64,000 bases of DNA from Patescibacteria group bacterium (GTDB lineage: Bacteria > Patescibacteriota > JABMPQ01 > JAQVVF01). Each line of letters opens with the position of its first letter. The stretch's first letter is position 1. This document shows, piece by piece, positions 19,970-29,887 of this stretch. The notes under the pieces are model-generated. The model did no database searches, was not told where the DNA came from, and saw only the letters and a list, made by a program, of their open reading frames with translations. The stretch lies in the NCBI GenBank assembly GCA_028699085.1, contig JAQVVF010000003.1, forward strand, positions 25,721-89,720, in the 5' to 3' direction. The position numbers were made by a program, and so were the translations under genes.

Positions 19970-21661
19970 ATGAACAACAAATTTATACCGAAATTAAAAA
20001 TTATTCCGCTAGGCGGATTAGAAGAAATAGGTCGAAATATGACCTTAATTGAATATGCAAGAGACATTATCATTATTGATATGGGCTTGCAATTTCCAGA
20101 AGAAAATATGCCTGGAATTGATTATATCATTCCAAACATCGCCTATTTAAAAGGCAAAGAAAACTATATTAGAGGCGTTATTATTACTCATGGTCATTTT
20201 GACCACATTGGCGCTATCCCTCACATTATGGATCGCATTGGCAATCCGACTATTTTCACTGCCAAATTGACAAGAGCAATGATTGAAAAACGCCAAGAAG
20301 AATTTGATAAAAAAGAAAAATTATCAATTTATACAATTAATGAACAAGACCAAATTCAACTTGGTCAATTTAAAGTTGAATTTTTTAAAGTCAATCACAA
20401 TATTCCAGATGGCTATGGAGTAATCGTCCACTCACCTGTTGGCACTGTAATTCATACCGGCGATTTTAAATTTGACCCAACTCCTATTGGCGATTTACCA
20501 GCCAATAAAGAAAAATTAGCAAAAATGGGAAAACAAGGTGTCTTAGCTTTGATGTCAGATAGCACTGGTGCTGAAAGTCCTGGCCATTCCATTTCTGAAA
20601 AAACAATCATGGAAACTTTAGGAAAAATTATTGCTGAAGCTAAGGGCAGAATTATTTTAGCCACTTTCTCATCACTAATTTCTCGTATTCAACAAGTTAT
20701 TTTTATTGCTGAAAAATTAGGCAAAAAAGTTGCCATTGAGGGTTTCTCCATGAAAACTAATGTTGAAATCTGTAGAAAATTAGGATATCTAAAAACTGGT
20801 AAAAAGATTTTAATCAGCACTAAACAAGCTCTAAAATTACCAAAAGATAAAATAATTATTCTCTGCACTGGTGCTCAAGGTGAAGAAGCAGCTGTTTTAA
20901 TGCGCATCGCCAATCAAGACCACAAGGAAATTGAAATTGAAAAAGGAGACTCTGTCATCTTTTCTTCATCAGTAATTCCAGGTAATGAACGAAGTGTTCA
21001 AAGATTAAAAGATAATTTGACAAGATTAGGCGCTGATATTTTTCATGTTAAAATGATGGATGTCCATGCCGGCGGACACGGTTTTGTTGATGATCTTACT
21101 GAAATGATCACCTTAACAAAACCAAAATATTTTATTCCAGTTCACGGCAATCACTTCATGTTAAAACTACATGGAGATATTGCTAAAAACACCAATTTAG
21201 TACCAGAAAAAAATATTTTTATTTGCGACAATGGCCAAATTATGGAATATCATAAGCAAGACGAAACTATAGTTGGTGAACTAACAAAACGAAAAGTCCC
21301 AGCTGGACACGTTATGGTTGATGGACTTGGAGTTGGCGATGTTTCTAATGTTGTATTAAGAGATCGTCAAGCAATGGCCGAAGATGGCATGTTTGTAATA
21401 ATCTTAACCATGGATGGCAAGACTGGAAAATTAGTCAGTGATCCTGATATTATTTCTCGAGGCTTTGTCTTTATGAAAGAATCAAAAAGATTAATTGGCC
21501 AAACAAAAGAAAGAATCAAAAGAATTGTTATCGATCATGATCCAAGAACTTCATCAAATGATACTTATATCAGAAACAAAGTCCGTGATCAAATTGGTCA
21601 ATTTTTATTTACTAAGACTCAAAGAAGACCAATGATCTTGCCAGTTATCATCGAAATATAA
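19970..21661 (+). CDS. rnj: Ribonuclease J (metallo-beta-lactamase / beta-CASP family)
   Basis: The HGHFDHIG zinc motif is present. The layout is an MBL domain, a beta-CASP domain and a C-terminal domain, starting LKIIPLGGLEEIGRNMTLIE, which is typical of RNase J. 563 aa. Confidence 0.85.
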   Translation: MNNKFIPKLKIIPLGGLEEIGRNMTLIEYARDIIIIDMGLQFPEENMPGIDYIIPNIAYLKGKENYIRGVIITHGHFDHIGAIPHIMDRIGNPTIFTAKLTRAMIEKRQEEFDKKEKLSIYTINEQDQIQLGQFKVEFFKVNHNIPDGYGVIVHSPVGTVIHTGDFKFDPTPIGDLPANKEKLAKMGKQGVLALMSDSTGAESPGHSISEKTIMETLGKIIAEAKGRIILATFSSLISRIQQVIFIAEKLGKKVAIEGFSMKTNVEICRKLGYLKTGKKILISTKQALKLPKDKIIILCTGAQGEEAAVLMRIANQDHKEIEIEKGDSVIFSSSVIPGNERSVQRLKDNLTRLGADIFHVKMMDVHAGGHGFVDDLTEMITLTKPKYFIPVHGNHFMLKLHGDIAKNTNLVPEKNIFICDNGQIMEYHKQDETIVGELTKRKVPAGHVMVDGLGVGDVSNVVLRDRQAMAEDGMFVIILTMDGKTGKLVSDPDIISRGFVFMKESKRLIGQTKERIKRIVIDHDPRTSSNDTYIRNKVRDQIGQFLFTKTQRRPMILPVIIEI

Positions 21662-21677
21662 TAATTAATTTTAAAAT

Positions 21678-22667
21678 ATGCCTAAAATAGTTTTTTCTGG
21701 TATTCAACCAACAGGTTCCTTACATATTGGTAATTACTTTGGTGCTTTAAAAAATTGGTTGGAATTTCAAAAACAAGGAGACCTTTGTTATTTCTGCGTT
21801 GTTGATTTACATGCCATTACGATTGATTACGATCCAAAACAATTTCAAGACAAAATATTAGACACAATTGCAACCTACATTGCTTGTGGAATTAATCCGG
21901 AAAAATCAATTATTTTTATTCAATCAAAAATCAAAGAGCATTCAGAATTAGCTTGGCTTTTAAATTCTATTACACCAGTTTCCGAACTTGAAAGAATGAC
22001 TCAATACAAGGACAAAAAAATCCAACATGCTAAAAACATTAATGCTGGCTTATTAGATTATCCTGTTTTGATGGCTGCTGATGTTTTACTTTATAATACA
22101 AATACAATTCCTGTTGGCTATGATCAAAAACAACATGTTGAACTAGCTAGAACAATTGCTAATAAATTTAATGCTAAATTTGGCCAGACTTTTACAATTC
22201 CAGAACATTTTATTCCAGAAGTTGGTGCTAAAATAATGTCGCTGTTAGAGCCAACTAAAAAAATGTCAAAATCACATAATCCAAAATCATATATTTCTTT
22301 ATCTGATTCCAAGCAAGATATTGAGAAAAAAATTATGTCTGCTGTTACTGATTCTGATAATAAAATATTCTTTGATCCAGAGAAAAAACCAGCTATCTCA
22401 AATTTGTTATCAATCTATCATCTTGCAACTGGTTGGACTTTGCAACAAATCCAAGATAAATATAAAGATTCAACTAGCTATGCTCAATTCAAAAAAGATT
22501 TAGCTAACGAATTAGTGAAATTATTAAAACCAATTCAAGATAAAAAACAAGAATTACTAAAAGATAAAACAAAACTCTTAGAAATTCTACAAGCCAGTAC
22601 AAATAAAGCCCAAGAACAAGCCAAAAAAACAATGGAAAAAGTTAAACAAAAAATGGGATTAATTTAA
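21678..22667 (+). CDS. trpS: Tryptophan--tRNA ligase
   Basis: Class I synthetase motifs are present: PTGSLHIGNY (HIGH-like) and KMSKS. 329 aa. Confidence 0.9.
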   Translation: MPKIVFSGIQPTGSLHIGNYFGALKNWLEFQKQGDLCYFCVVDLHAITIDYDPKQFQDKILDTIATYIACGINPEKSIIFIQSKIKEHSELAWLLNSITPVSELERMTQYKDKKIQHAKNINAGLLDYPVLMAADVLLYNTNTIPVGYDQKQHVELARTIANKFNAKFGQTFTIPEHFIPEVGAKIMSLLEPTKKMSKSHNPKSYISLSDSKQDIEKKIMSAVTDSDNKIFFDPEKKPAISNLLSIYHLATGWTLQQIQDKYKDSTSYAQFKKDLANELVKLLKPIQDKKQELLKDKTKLLEILQASTNKAQEQAKKTMEKVKQKMGLI

Positions 22668-22713
22668 TTTCCCATCTACCGGTAAACAAGAAAATAACTA
22701 AATTATAAATAAA

Positions 22714-22745
22714 AAAACGAGATTTCAAAAACTCGTTTTTTTTAA
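22714..22745. terminator. Bidirectional intrinsic terminator (A7-CGAG-atttcaaaaa-CTCGT-T8)
   Basis: It lies between trpS (+) and the phosphohexomutase gene (-), which converge here. The hairpin is flanked by A and T tracts. Confidence 0.6.
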
Positions 22746-22764
22746 CAATTTATCTTTTTAAAAT

Positions 22765-24618
22765 TTATCCTAATATTTCGAACCTCTCCCCGCCTTCAGA
22801 AATATTTTCCGCTCTCAAAACAAAATCTTCCAATATTTCATGTACTAGTTTATCACATTTTGATCTTATCTCATCGTATTCCTTTTCTGATTTTTCTTCG
22901 CCTACTTCCATCCCAGAAGCTGCATAAAACTTAATTTTTGGCTCAGTTCCAGATGGCCTGACCACTACCCTAATTGTCTTTTCTTTATTCAAATAAAATA
23001 TTAAAGCATTATCTGGAAAACCTATATATTTTCCTACAACTTTATTTGTTTTTGGATCAATAAATTTTTTATTTAATTGATCCAAAACTGTAAAAACTTC
23101 TTTGCCTGCAACTTTTGTCGGCAATTTTTCACGCATTTTATCCATAATTTTTTTCATCTTATCCATTCCGTCCATACCTTTATAAAAAACAGCTTGCAAC
23201 AATTCACGATAATAACCATATTTTTTCTTAATAATCTCTAGTTGCTCAAACAAAGTTTTATTTTCTATTTTTAATAAGGCTGCATATTCACAAATTAATA
23301 ATGCTGCAATTGCCCCATCTTTATCCCGAGCATAATCGCCATACAAATAACCATGGCTTTCCTCCGCTCCAAACAAAAATTTATTGCCAGAAAGTCTAGT
23401 ATCAATGGCATTACCAATATATTTAAATCCAACTGGCAGATCAGTAATCACTTTACAGCCATTATCAACCGCAATTTTTGTTAACAAATCAGTTGTTACA
23501 GCAGTCTTGATTACCATCGTCTTTTTCAAATCAATTTTCTTACTTTGCATTTTAGTAATATAATCCAAAAGCAAAACGCCAATCTGATTTCCATTCAAAA
23601 ATACATATTCTTGTTTTTTAATATTCTTTGGACTTACCACGCCAATTCTATCAGCATCAGGATCAGCTGCTACTAATACATCAACTTTGTCTTTTTTAGC
23701 TTGTTTAGTTGCAATTTCTAAAGAAATTGGCACTTCTGGATTTGGAATTTGTTTTGCCACGCCTTTAAAATCTGGATCAAATGGCATTTGACTTTTCACA
23801 GTTTCTACTTTTTTAAAGCCAACATTTTTTAAAACCGGTAAAAAAGAAGTACTTGCACAACCATTCAAAGGAGTAAATAAAATATGCGCATCTCGATAAT
23901 TTCCTAATGATAACTTGCTGACAGTATTAACAAAATCATTATCTAATTTCTTACCTAAAATTTTTATTTTACCTATTTTTTTAGCTTCTTTGAAATTAAT
24001 CGTCTTAATCTCCTTTACCGCCATCACTTCTTTAATGATGTTTTTATCATGAGGTGACACAATCTGTCCGCCATTATCAAAATAGACTTTAATACCATTA
24101 TCAGAAGGAGGATTATGGCTAGCGCTAATCATAGCCCCGCCAATTGCTTTCATTTTTCTAATCGTAAAAGAAATTTGCGGAGTTGACCTAACTCCGTCAT
24201 AAAAATAAACTTTAAATCCATTACCAGCAAAAACAGATGCTGCTGTCTCGGCAAACAAACGCGAATTATGACGAATATCATACGTCACTACGATTCCTTG
24301 CTTACAAGATTTTATACCAAAACATTTTTTCAAATATTGAACAAAACCTTGAGCTGATTCAGAAATTGTTCGAATATTAATTCTGTTAGAACCAACCCCC
24401 ATCATTCCTCTTCTCCCTCCAGTACCAAACGGAATAACCTGAAAAAAAGCATTATTTAAATCTTCTATTTTTTCTTTATTAATCAAAGATTCAATTTCAA
24501 CCCAAAAATTACTACATTCATCGCTTTCTAGCCAAATCTTGATATTTTTAAAAGCAGAAGGAACTAAACCTTTTTTCTTTAAACTAATTAGCTTAGCAAT
24601 CATTTCAGTTTTTTTCAT
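22765..24618 (-). CDS. Phosphoglucomutase/phosphomannomutase family protein (alpha-D-phosphohexomutase)
   Basis: The active-site phosphoserine loop GGAMISASHNPPSDNGIKVY is present. 617 aa with four domains. Confidence 0.85.
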   Translation of the reverse strand: MKKTEMIAKLISLKKKGLVPSAFKNIKIWLESDECSNFWVEIESLINKEKIEDLNNAFFQVIPFGTGGRRGMMGVGSNRINIRTISESAQGFVQYLKKCFGIKSCKQGIVVTYDIRHNSRLFAETAASVFAGNGFKVYFYDGVRSTPQISFTIRKMKAIGGAMISASHNPPSDNGIKVYFDNGGQIVSPHDKNIIKEVMAVKEIKTINFKEAKKIGKIKILGKKLDNDFVNTVSKLSLGNYRDAHILFTPLNGCASTSFLPVLKNVGFKKVETVKSQMPFDPDFKGVAKQIPNPEVPISLEIATKQAKKDKVDVLVAADPDADRIGVVSPKNIKKQEYVFLNGNQIGVLLLDYITKMQSKKIDLKKTMVIKTAVTTDLLTKIAVDNGCKVITDLPVGFKYIGNAIDTRLSGNKFLFGAEESHGYLYGDYARDKDGAIAALLICEYAALLKIENKTLFEQLEIIKKKYGYYRELLQAVFYKGMDGMDKMKKIMDKMREKLPTKVAGKEVFTVLDQLNKKFIDPKTNKVVGKYIGFPDNALIFYLNKEKTIRVVVRPSGTEPKIKFYAASGMEVGEEKSEKEYDEIRSKCDKLVHEILEDFVLRAENISEGGERFEILG

Positions 24619-24683
24619 ATTTATTTTTAATTATTTTTTATATTAATAAAAAAATGCCGAAGCTTCCTTCGACATTATATTTA

Positions 24684-24899
24684 TTATCTTACAAAAGTAA
24701 GCAATCCCAATACTCTTGCTCTTTTAATTGCTTTAGCAACCATTCTTTGGTGTCTTGCGCAATTTCCTGATCTTCTAGTTGAAGCAATCTTTGAATAAGG
24801 AGTCAAAAATCTTTTCAAAAAATTAATGTCTCGATAATTGATTGTTTCAATTTTTTCCGCACAGAGCATACACGGTTTTCTAAAAATAGTCTCTGCCAT
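24684..24899 (-). CDS. rpsR: 30S ribosomal protein S18
   Basis: 71 aa containing ...CAEKIETINYRDINFLKRFLTPYSKIASTRRSGNCARHQR..., the canonical S18 sequence. Confidence 0.9.
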   Translation of the reverse strand: MAETIFRKPCMLCAEKIETINYRDINFLKRFLTPYSKIASTRRSGNCARHQRMVAKAIKRARVLGLLTFVR

Positions 24900-24925
24900 A
24901 AATAAAATATTATGAATTAAATAAT

Positions 24926-25537
24926 CTAAAATGGAATATCCTCAACTTTAATTTCCTCATCTTTCTTAACGGCTGTTACTGGATTTGGCATTGCCTGCGA
25001 TGCTCCATCGTCTGCTGGCATAGCCGTCGGCATTACAGAATTAGCTGGCTCCTCTAATGATATCGATGGTAAACTTTCTGCTGACTTGGAAACGGCGCCA
25101 AAACTTTCAGAATTTTGGTTAACTGGCCTAACTGCAGGCTGCACTTGTGGTTGAGCTTGCACTGGATTCTGATTAACAAAATTTCCTGTACTTGCAGGCT
25201 GACTCATACCTCTTGAATCAAGCATAATCATATTTTCTGCAACTATTTCTGTTCTGTTGCGTCTTACACCATCTTGCCCAATCCAATCGCGAGTTTGGAT
25301 TCTGCCTTCGATATAAACTTTTTTGCCTTTTGTTAAATATTGACTGCAGATATCAGCTAATTTTCTCCAAGTAACAATATTATGATATTCAACTTTTTCT
25401 TGTTTCTGTCCTGATGCATCTTTCCACATCAAGTTAGTTGCAATTCCGAATGTACAAACATTAGATCCTGAAGGAATAGTTCTTGTTTCTGGATCACGGG
25501 TCAATCTTCCAATGATCATTGCTTTGTTCAAATCCAT
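24926..25537 (-). CDS. ssb: Single-stranded DNA-binding protein
   Basis: An OB-fold N-terminus (MDLNKAMIIGRLTRDPETR), a Q/P-rich linker and the acidic tip ...EDIPF. It sits in the conserved rpsF-ssb-rpsR arrangement. Confidence 0.9.
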   Translation of the reverse strand: MDLNKAMIIGRLTRDPETRTIPSGSNVCTFGIATNLMWKDASGQKQEKVEYHNIVTWRKLADICSQYLTKGKKVYIEGRIQTRDWIGQDGVRRNRTEIVAENMIMLDSRGMSQPASTGNFVNQNPVQAQPQVQPAVRPVNQNSESFGAVSKSAESLPSISLEEPANSVMPTAMPADDGASQAMPNPVTAVKKDEEIKVEDIPF

Positions 25538-25683
25538 AGTTTTTTAAAGCTCTACTCCTTATCCGCCAAAATCCCGAAAATTTCGGGAATCGGCAGAGTT
25601 CCCTAATGCTTAAGCTTATATAAGCTAAGGGCAAGGATGAACTCACAATTATTTATTTTTATTAAAGACATTCTCTTAAAAAA

Positions 25684-26229
25684 TTAATCAACGATATCTT
25701 CTTCCAATATCTTATCCAATTTCTTATCCAAATCTGTTTCCTTTTCTTCCTTTTTCTTCAAAACTGGTTTTTTTTCTTCTATCTCTTCTTTTTCTTCTTT
25801 GACTTCTTCTTTCGCAACCTCAGTTTTTTCTTCAATCTCTGATGCCTTTTCTTCAATTTTTTGTGCTTTTGTGGTTATAACCTTCTCATCTTTAATTTCT
25901 TCTTCTCCCTCAGCCTTTTCTTTGTGTTCTGCCTCTAATTTAACATCTTTTTCTTGTTTTGTTACCAATAATCTAACAACATCCATTTCATCAGCAACTT
26001 GATATCTAATCTTTTTTATCTTTATTGGATCAGCTTCAATTTTAGCAATAAAATAATATCCTTGGCTAAAATGTTTTATTTGATAAGCCAAATCTTTCAT
26101 TCCTAAAAAATTTGAATCCAAAACTTTTGCGTCATACTTTTCTAAAATCTTTCCTAACTCTTGAGCCTTTTTTTCGGCTTGTTCATCAGTCATTTTAGGA
26201 GACAAGAACATTGATAATTCGTACTTCAT
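25684..26229 (-). CDS. rpsF: 30S ribosomal protein S6 with an E/K-rich C-terminal extension of about 85 aa
   Basis: The N-terminal 95 aa read MKYELSMFL...LAYQIKHFSQGYYFIAKIEADP...VVRLLV and match S6. The tail is a low-complexity EEK repeat. Confidence 0.85.
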   Translation of the reverse strand: MKYELSMFLSPKMTDEQAEKKAQELGKILEKYDAKVLDSNFLGMKDLAYQIKHFSQGYYFIAKIEADPIKIKKIRYQVADEMDVVRLLVTKQEKDVKLEAEHKEKAEGEEEIKDEKVITTKAQKIEEKASEIEEKTEVAKEEVKEEKEEIEEKKPVLKKKEEKETDLDKKLDKILEEDIVD

Positions 26230-26385
26230 AAATGTATTAAATTTAAAAATTTGTATTTCTTATCTTATCACAAAAATCTAAATAATGCAAGGAAATTCAT
26301 AACTTTTTTATCTATCCATTAATCAACACTTTTAAAAGCAAAATTAATTAATACTTTGCCTAAAATAAGCCATTTTATTATTTAG

Positions 26386-26420
26386 CAAAAAAGTCCTTCA
26401 ATAGACGAAGGACAAAAAAT
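26386..26420. terminator. Bidirectional terminator hairpin GTCCTTC-aatagac-GAAGGAC flanked by A6 and A8 (T-tract on the opposite strand)
   Basis: A 7-bp perfect stem between the rpsF upstream region and the 26431..27183 gene. Confidence 0.5.
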
Positions 26421-26430
26421 AAAGAACAAG

Positions 26431-27183
26431 CTAATCGCTCGAGAATGGAGTGCATTTTGGCTTTGCTTTAACAATTCTATCAACAATACTACTTCTTTTT
26501 ATCTCATCAATCCTTTCTTGACCTTTGCTCCAAACATACACTTTCATCTTACTTATCCTATCGAATCCATTAATTGAAACATCAGATCTAAAAATCAACT
26601 TATATTTTTTATCATCTAAAACAATTTCAAATGAAACAGTGCAAAAATAATCTCGACCTTTACAAGCTACATCAACACGTTTATTCCAATTTGAATTACA
26701 CTTATATCTCATTTGCGACAATTCTTCTATCCATCGCATTTCTTCTGGATCAAATAATTTATCATTCATAACAAAAAACTCTCTCCAATAATCATTTCTA
26801 ATCTTTTTCTTTTCTTTTTGTTTTATAACCTTTTTATCTAAAACAGCAACTTGTTCTTCCTGTTTTTGCAAATCAACATCAGACATCAACAAAACCACAC
26901 CTAGATCATCTGCAATACCAATATCATGTTCATCATAACTAAAGATTTTTTGCCCTGCATCAATATTAAAACCTTTTTGCTGATTGCTAAAATCAACGCT
27001 AAACAAAAACAACATTGACAAACAAATCAACAATGGACTTCCAATAAATATTTTCTGAAATTGAAAATTTATAATTTTGTGTTTCAATTTAGAAATTTGA
27101 GAATTAGATAACTCTCTTGCTATCGGAATAAAATTATTAATTACAACTTTTAACAATTCAATTGCGTTCTTTATTCTCGACAT
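26431..27183 (-). CDS. Hypothetical protein with one N-proximal TM helix. The preferred start is MSRIKNAIELL, behind a strong Shine-Dalgarno sequence (AAGGAGGAGcagaaATG).
   Basis: The track ORF runs to 27228, but the internal ATG at 27181-27183 has a canonical RBS. No known domain. It is adjacent to the RAYT-like gene. Confidence 0.45.
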   Translation of the reverse strand: MSRIKNAIELLKVVINNFIPIARELSNSQISKLKHKIINFQFQKIFIGSPLLICLSMLFLFSVDFSNQQKGFNIDAGQKIFSYDEHDIGIADDLGVVLLMSDVDLQKQEEQVAVLDKKVIKQKEKKKIRNDYWREFFVMNDKLFDPEEMRWIEELSQMRYKCNSNWNKRVDVACKGRDYFCTVSFEIVLDDKKYKLIFRSDVSINGFDRISKMKVYVWSKGQERIDEIKRSSIVDRIVKAKPKCTPFSSD

Positions 27184-27200
27184 TTCTGCTCCTCCTTTTT

Positions 27201-27785
27201 TCAAAGAACGTTCTTTTGCTTTATACAAATCTTATTATTGACAGAAATATTATTTCTATCACAATGCCAATTTTGCGAATTTAAAATTATGTATGAACGA
27301 ATAGAATCTAACGATTTTTCATTACGAATGACATGATCATAATATCGTGATTGCCAAGCAAAATCACAATTATTCTTTAAAATTTCAATTGTGCAAATAC
27401 GTTTATATTGATTTATAATCAAGCCCAAACATCCAGATTTCCATTTTTTTATAGACGTAGAGACGCCCAACTTGGGCGTCTCTACGCAATCATTAAAATT
27501 ACTATTTTTATTTATAATCAAAATTCCATGAATATGATTAGGCATTACTATAAAATTATCTAAATGAACACCAGAAAAATGCTTTGGAATTTCATGCCAA
27601 AATTTCCTAACAATTTTTCCAATCTCTGACAGATAGATTTTACCGTCAACAACATTACCAAAATATTGTATACGATTCTGCGTACAGATCGTAATAAAAT
27701 AAGCGCCATCTGAAGAATAATCAAAATCTTTCAAACGTGCGCTTTGAATTCTATATCTGTTTAAAAATTTATGCCCTCCATTCAT
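27201..27785 (-). CDS. IS200/IS605-family-like HUH tyrosine transposase, RAYT type (TnpA_REP-like)
   Basis: The HUH motif is VMPNHIHGILI. The catalytic-Tyr region WQSRYYDHVIRNEKSLDSIRSYIILN matches W-Q-x-R-[FY]-[YH]-[DE]-H-x-I-R. The size (194 aa) fits a RAYT. No TnpB is present and no terminal inverted repeats flank the gene. Confidence 0.7.
   Translation of the reverse strand: MNGGHKFLNRYRIQSARLKDFDYSSDGAYFITICTQNRIQYFGNVVDGKIYLSEIGKIVRKFWHEIPKHFSGVHLDNFIVMPNHIHGILIINKNSNFNDCVETPKLGVSTSIKKWKSGCLGLIINQYKRICTIEILKNNCDFAWQSRYYDHVIRNEKSLDSIRSYIILNSQNWHCDRNNISVNNKICIKQKNVL
27457..27485. repeat. GC-rich perfect palindrome GTAGAGACGCCCAA-c-TTGGGCGTCTCTAC inside the RAYT coding sequence
   Basis: 13-14-bp arms with GTAG/CTAC ends. 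It encodes VETPKLGVST in the RAYT and is strongly GC-biased against an AT-rich background. Confidence 0.6.
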
Positions 27786-27902
27786 AAATTTTATATTTTA
27801 TTATATAAATTATATTATTTTAATAAATTTATGTCGAGAAAGAATGTCTTCTCTTGCAAAAAACCTGATTTCAGCCTATAATTAAGCCTGATAATTATTT
27901 TT

Positions 27903-28961
27903 ATGAAAGTCGGAATCGTTGGTCTTCCAAACGTTGGCAAGTCAACACTTTTCAACGCTTTGACCAAAAAACAAGTTGATGCTTCTAACTATCCTTTTTG
28001 CACAATCGACCCAAATGTCGGAATTGTTAGCGTGCCTGATGAAAGAATTGATCAATTAGTAAAAATTGATCATCCAGCAAAAATAGTTCCTGCTGTTGTT
28101 GAATTTGTTGATATCGCTGGCTTGGTTCGTGGTGCTCATAAAGGTGAAGGACTAGGTAACAAATTTTTAACTCACATCAAAGAGGTTGATGCAATTGTTC
28201 ATGTTTTAAGGAATTTTACTGACAAAAATGTTACTCATGTTCACGGAAAAATTGATCCTAAAGAAGATGCTGATACTGTTGAGTTAGAACTAATTTTAGC
28301 TGACTTAGATCTTGTCACAAAATTACACGAACAAGCAAAAAGAAATTCAAAATCAGGCGACAAAGAAATAATTGCAAGAGCTTCTGCATTAGAAAAAATA
28401 AAAAATGCTTTAGAAAAAAATCAATTAGCCAGGACTGTTGAATTAGAAAAAGATGAAAAAAATTCAATTCGCGATGTTCAACTTTTGACTACCAAACCAA
28501 TTCTCTATGTTTTAAATATCGATGAAAACGAGATTGGTAAAAAAATAAATTGTCCGAAACAACCATGCATTCCAATTGCTGCCAAAATTGAATCTGAACT
28601 GGTTCAATTATCACCAGAAGAAGTCAAAGAATACTTGCAAGAATATAATCTAAAAGAAACAAGCCTAAACAAATTTATTAAAGCTTCCTACAACCTTTTA
28701 GGCTTAATTACTTTTTTCACTTCAGGCCAAACTGAAACTCACGCTTGGACAATTAAAAATGGCAGTAATGCACAACAAGCAGCTAGCAGAATCCATACCG
28801 ATTTTTATAACAAATTTATTCGCGCTGAAATTATTTCATTTAACGATTACATCACATCAGGCGGAGAAACAAAAGCCAAAGAAAAAGGCAAAATGCGCGT
28901 TGAAGGCAAAGAATACATTATTAAAGATGGAGACGTTGCTTATTTTAGAATTGGACAATGA
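27903..28961 (+). CDS. ychF: Ribosome-binding ATPase YchF (Obg-like GTPase family)
   Basis: The G1 motif GIVGLPNVGKSTLFNAL is present, with a coiled-coil insert and a C-terminal TGS domain. 352 aa. Confidence 0.9.
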   Translation: MKVGIVGLPNVGKSTLFNALTKKQVDASNYPFCTIDPNVGIVSVPDERIDQLVKIDHPAKIVPAVVEFVDIAGLVRGAHKGEGLGNKFLTHIKEVDAIVHVLRNFTDKNVTHVHGKIDPKEDADTVELELILADLDLVTKLHEQAKRNSKSGDKEIIARASALEKIKNALEKNQLARTVELEKDEKNSIRDVQLLTTKPILYVLNIDENEIGKKINCPKQPCIPIAAKIESELVQLSPEEVKEYLQEYNLKETSLNKFIKASYNLLGLITFFTSGQTETHAWTIKNGSNAQQAASRIHTDFYNKFIRAEIISFNDYITSGGETKAKEKGKMRVEGKEYIIKDGDVAYFRIGQ

Positions 28962-29069
28962 TAATTAAAAATGAAAATATCACAGTTTAAAATGACAATG
29001 TAAAATTAAAAATTTTAAACTTTTAATTGTCATTTTACATTTTGATTTTTACATTTTAATTTTATTATT

Positions 29070-29627
29070 ATGCTATCAATGAACGACCTGAAGTTTGGAA
29101 CAATTATCGATTATGAAGATCAACCTTATGAAGTTCTATCAAAAGAATTTGTTAAAAATGCTCAAAGACGTCCAGTTATGTTTACAAAATTAAAAAACCT
29201 GATTTCTGGAAAAATTATTGAACATTCTTTCCAACAAAGTGATCGTTTAAAAGAATCAGATGTTGTTAGAAAAGATGCTCAATACATGTACGAAGATAAC
29301 GGAAATTACAATTTCATGGATAGCGAAAATTACGAACAATTCTCTTTATCTAAAGATATTTTAGGATCAAAAACAGATTTTCTTCTTGAAGATAATACAG
29401 TCAAAATTGTTTATTATAACAATGATCCAATCAACATTGAATTACCAATCAAAATGGATTTCAAAATAATTGAAACGGCTCCTGGTGTTAAAGGAAATTC
29501 TGCTACTAACGCTATGAAAGAAGCAACAATTCAGACTGGCAAGAAAATTCAAGTTCCACTTTTTGTTAAAGAAGGAGATTCTATTACAATTGACACTCGA
29601 ACTTCAGAATATTTAGAAAGAGTCTAA
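29070..29627 (+). CDS. efp: Elongation factor P
   Basis: 185 aa. Starts MLSMNDLKFGTIIDYEDQPYEVL... and has the three-OB/KOW-like domain organisation typical of EF-P. Confidence 0.9.
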   Translation: MLSMNDLKFGTIIDYEDQPYEVLSKEFVKNAQRRPVMFTKLKNLISGKIIEHSFQQSDRLKESDVVRKDAQYMYEDNGNYNFMDSENYEQFSLSKDILGSKTDFLLEDNTVKIVYYNNDPINIELPIKMDFKIIETAPGVKGNSATNAMKEATIQTGKKIQVPLFVKEGDSITIDTRTSEYLERV

Positions 29628-29710
29628 ATTCGCTGACGAAAGTTTCCTGACTTTCGACACGCAAAATACATCAGCATAAAAAAATCAGAGACTTTCTTAA
29701 GCACAAAAAC

Positions 29711-29745
29711 ACAAAAAACGAGCTTCAACGCTCGTTTTATATTTT
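29711..29745. terminator. Bidirectional intrinsic terminator (A6-CGAGC-ttcaac-GCTCG-TTTTaTaTTTT)
   Basis: A 7-bp stem AACGAGC/GCTCGTT. It lies between efp (+) and the small ftsK-5'-like ORF (-). Confidence 0.55.
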
Positions 29746-29749
29746 AATA

Positions 29750-29887
29750 TTACTTTAAACCCATTGAACCTTTTCTTTTTCGTCCATGCAATTTTGGCGG
29801 TCTGCCTGGTTTTCTCTTTTGTTGCCCTTTTAAAATTGAAGTTGTAACCAAATTTTTTGCTTTTGGCGATCGTCCTCTTTGTGCCAT
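29750..29887 (-). CDS. Free-standing 45-aa basic ORF (MAQRGRSPKAKNLVTTSILKGQQKRKPGRPPKLHGRKRKGSMGLK). It is a paralogous copy of the AT-hook-like N-terminus of ftsK.
   Basis: 128 nt are about 95% identical to ftsK codons 1-43. Five of the six nucleotide differences are synonymous. The ORF has its own terminator and an upstream 28-bp palindrome. It is not in the ORF track because it is shorter than 60 aa. Confidence 0.4.
   Translation of the reverse strand: MAQRGRSPKAKNLVTTSILKGQQKRKPGRPPKLHGRKRKGSMGLK

Noticed and set aside
27201-27785. A complete IS200/IS605 insertion sequence
   Set aside because: Only the Y1 HUH transposase is present. There is no TnpB and no sub-terminal hairpin pair flanking the gene. 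It is better described as a RAYT-like or domesticated transposase gene.
28962-29069. Long AT-rich hairpin and TTTTACATTTT repeats between ychF and efp, read as a mobile element or sRNA
   Set aside because: The stretch is composed entirely of A/T words that recur by chance at this base composition. It is probably just a terminator and promoter spacer. No coding capacity or conserved structure was evident.
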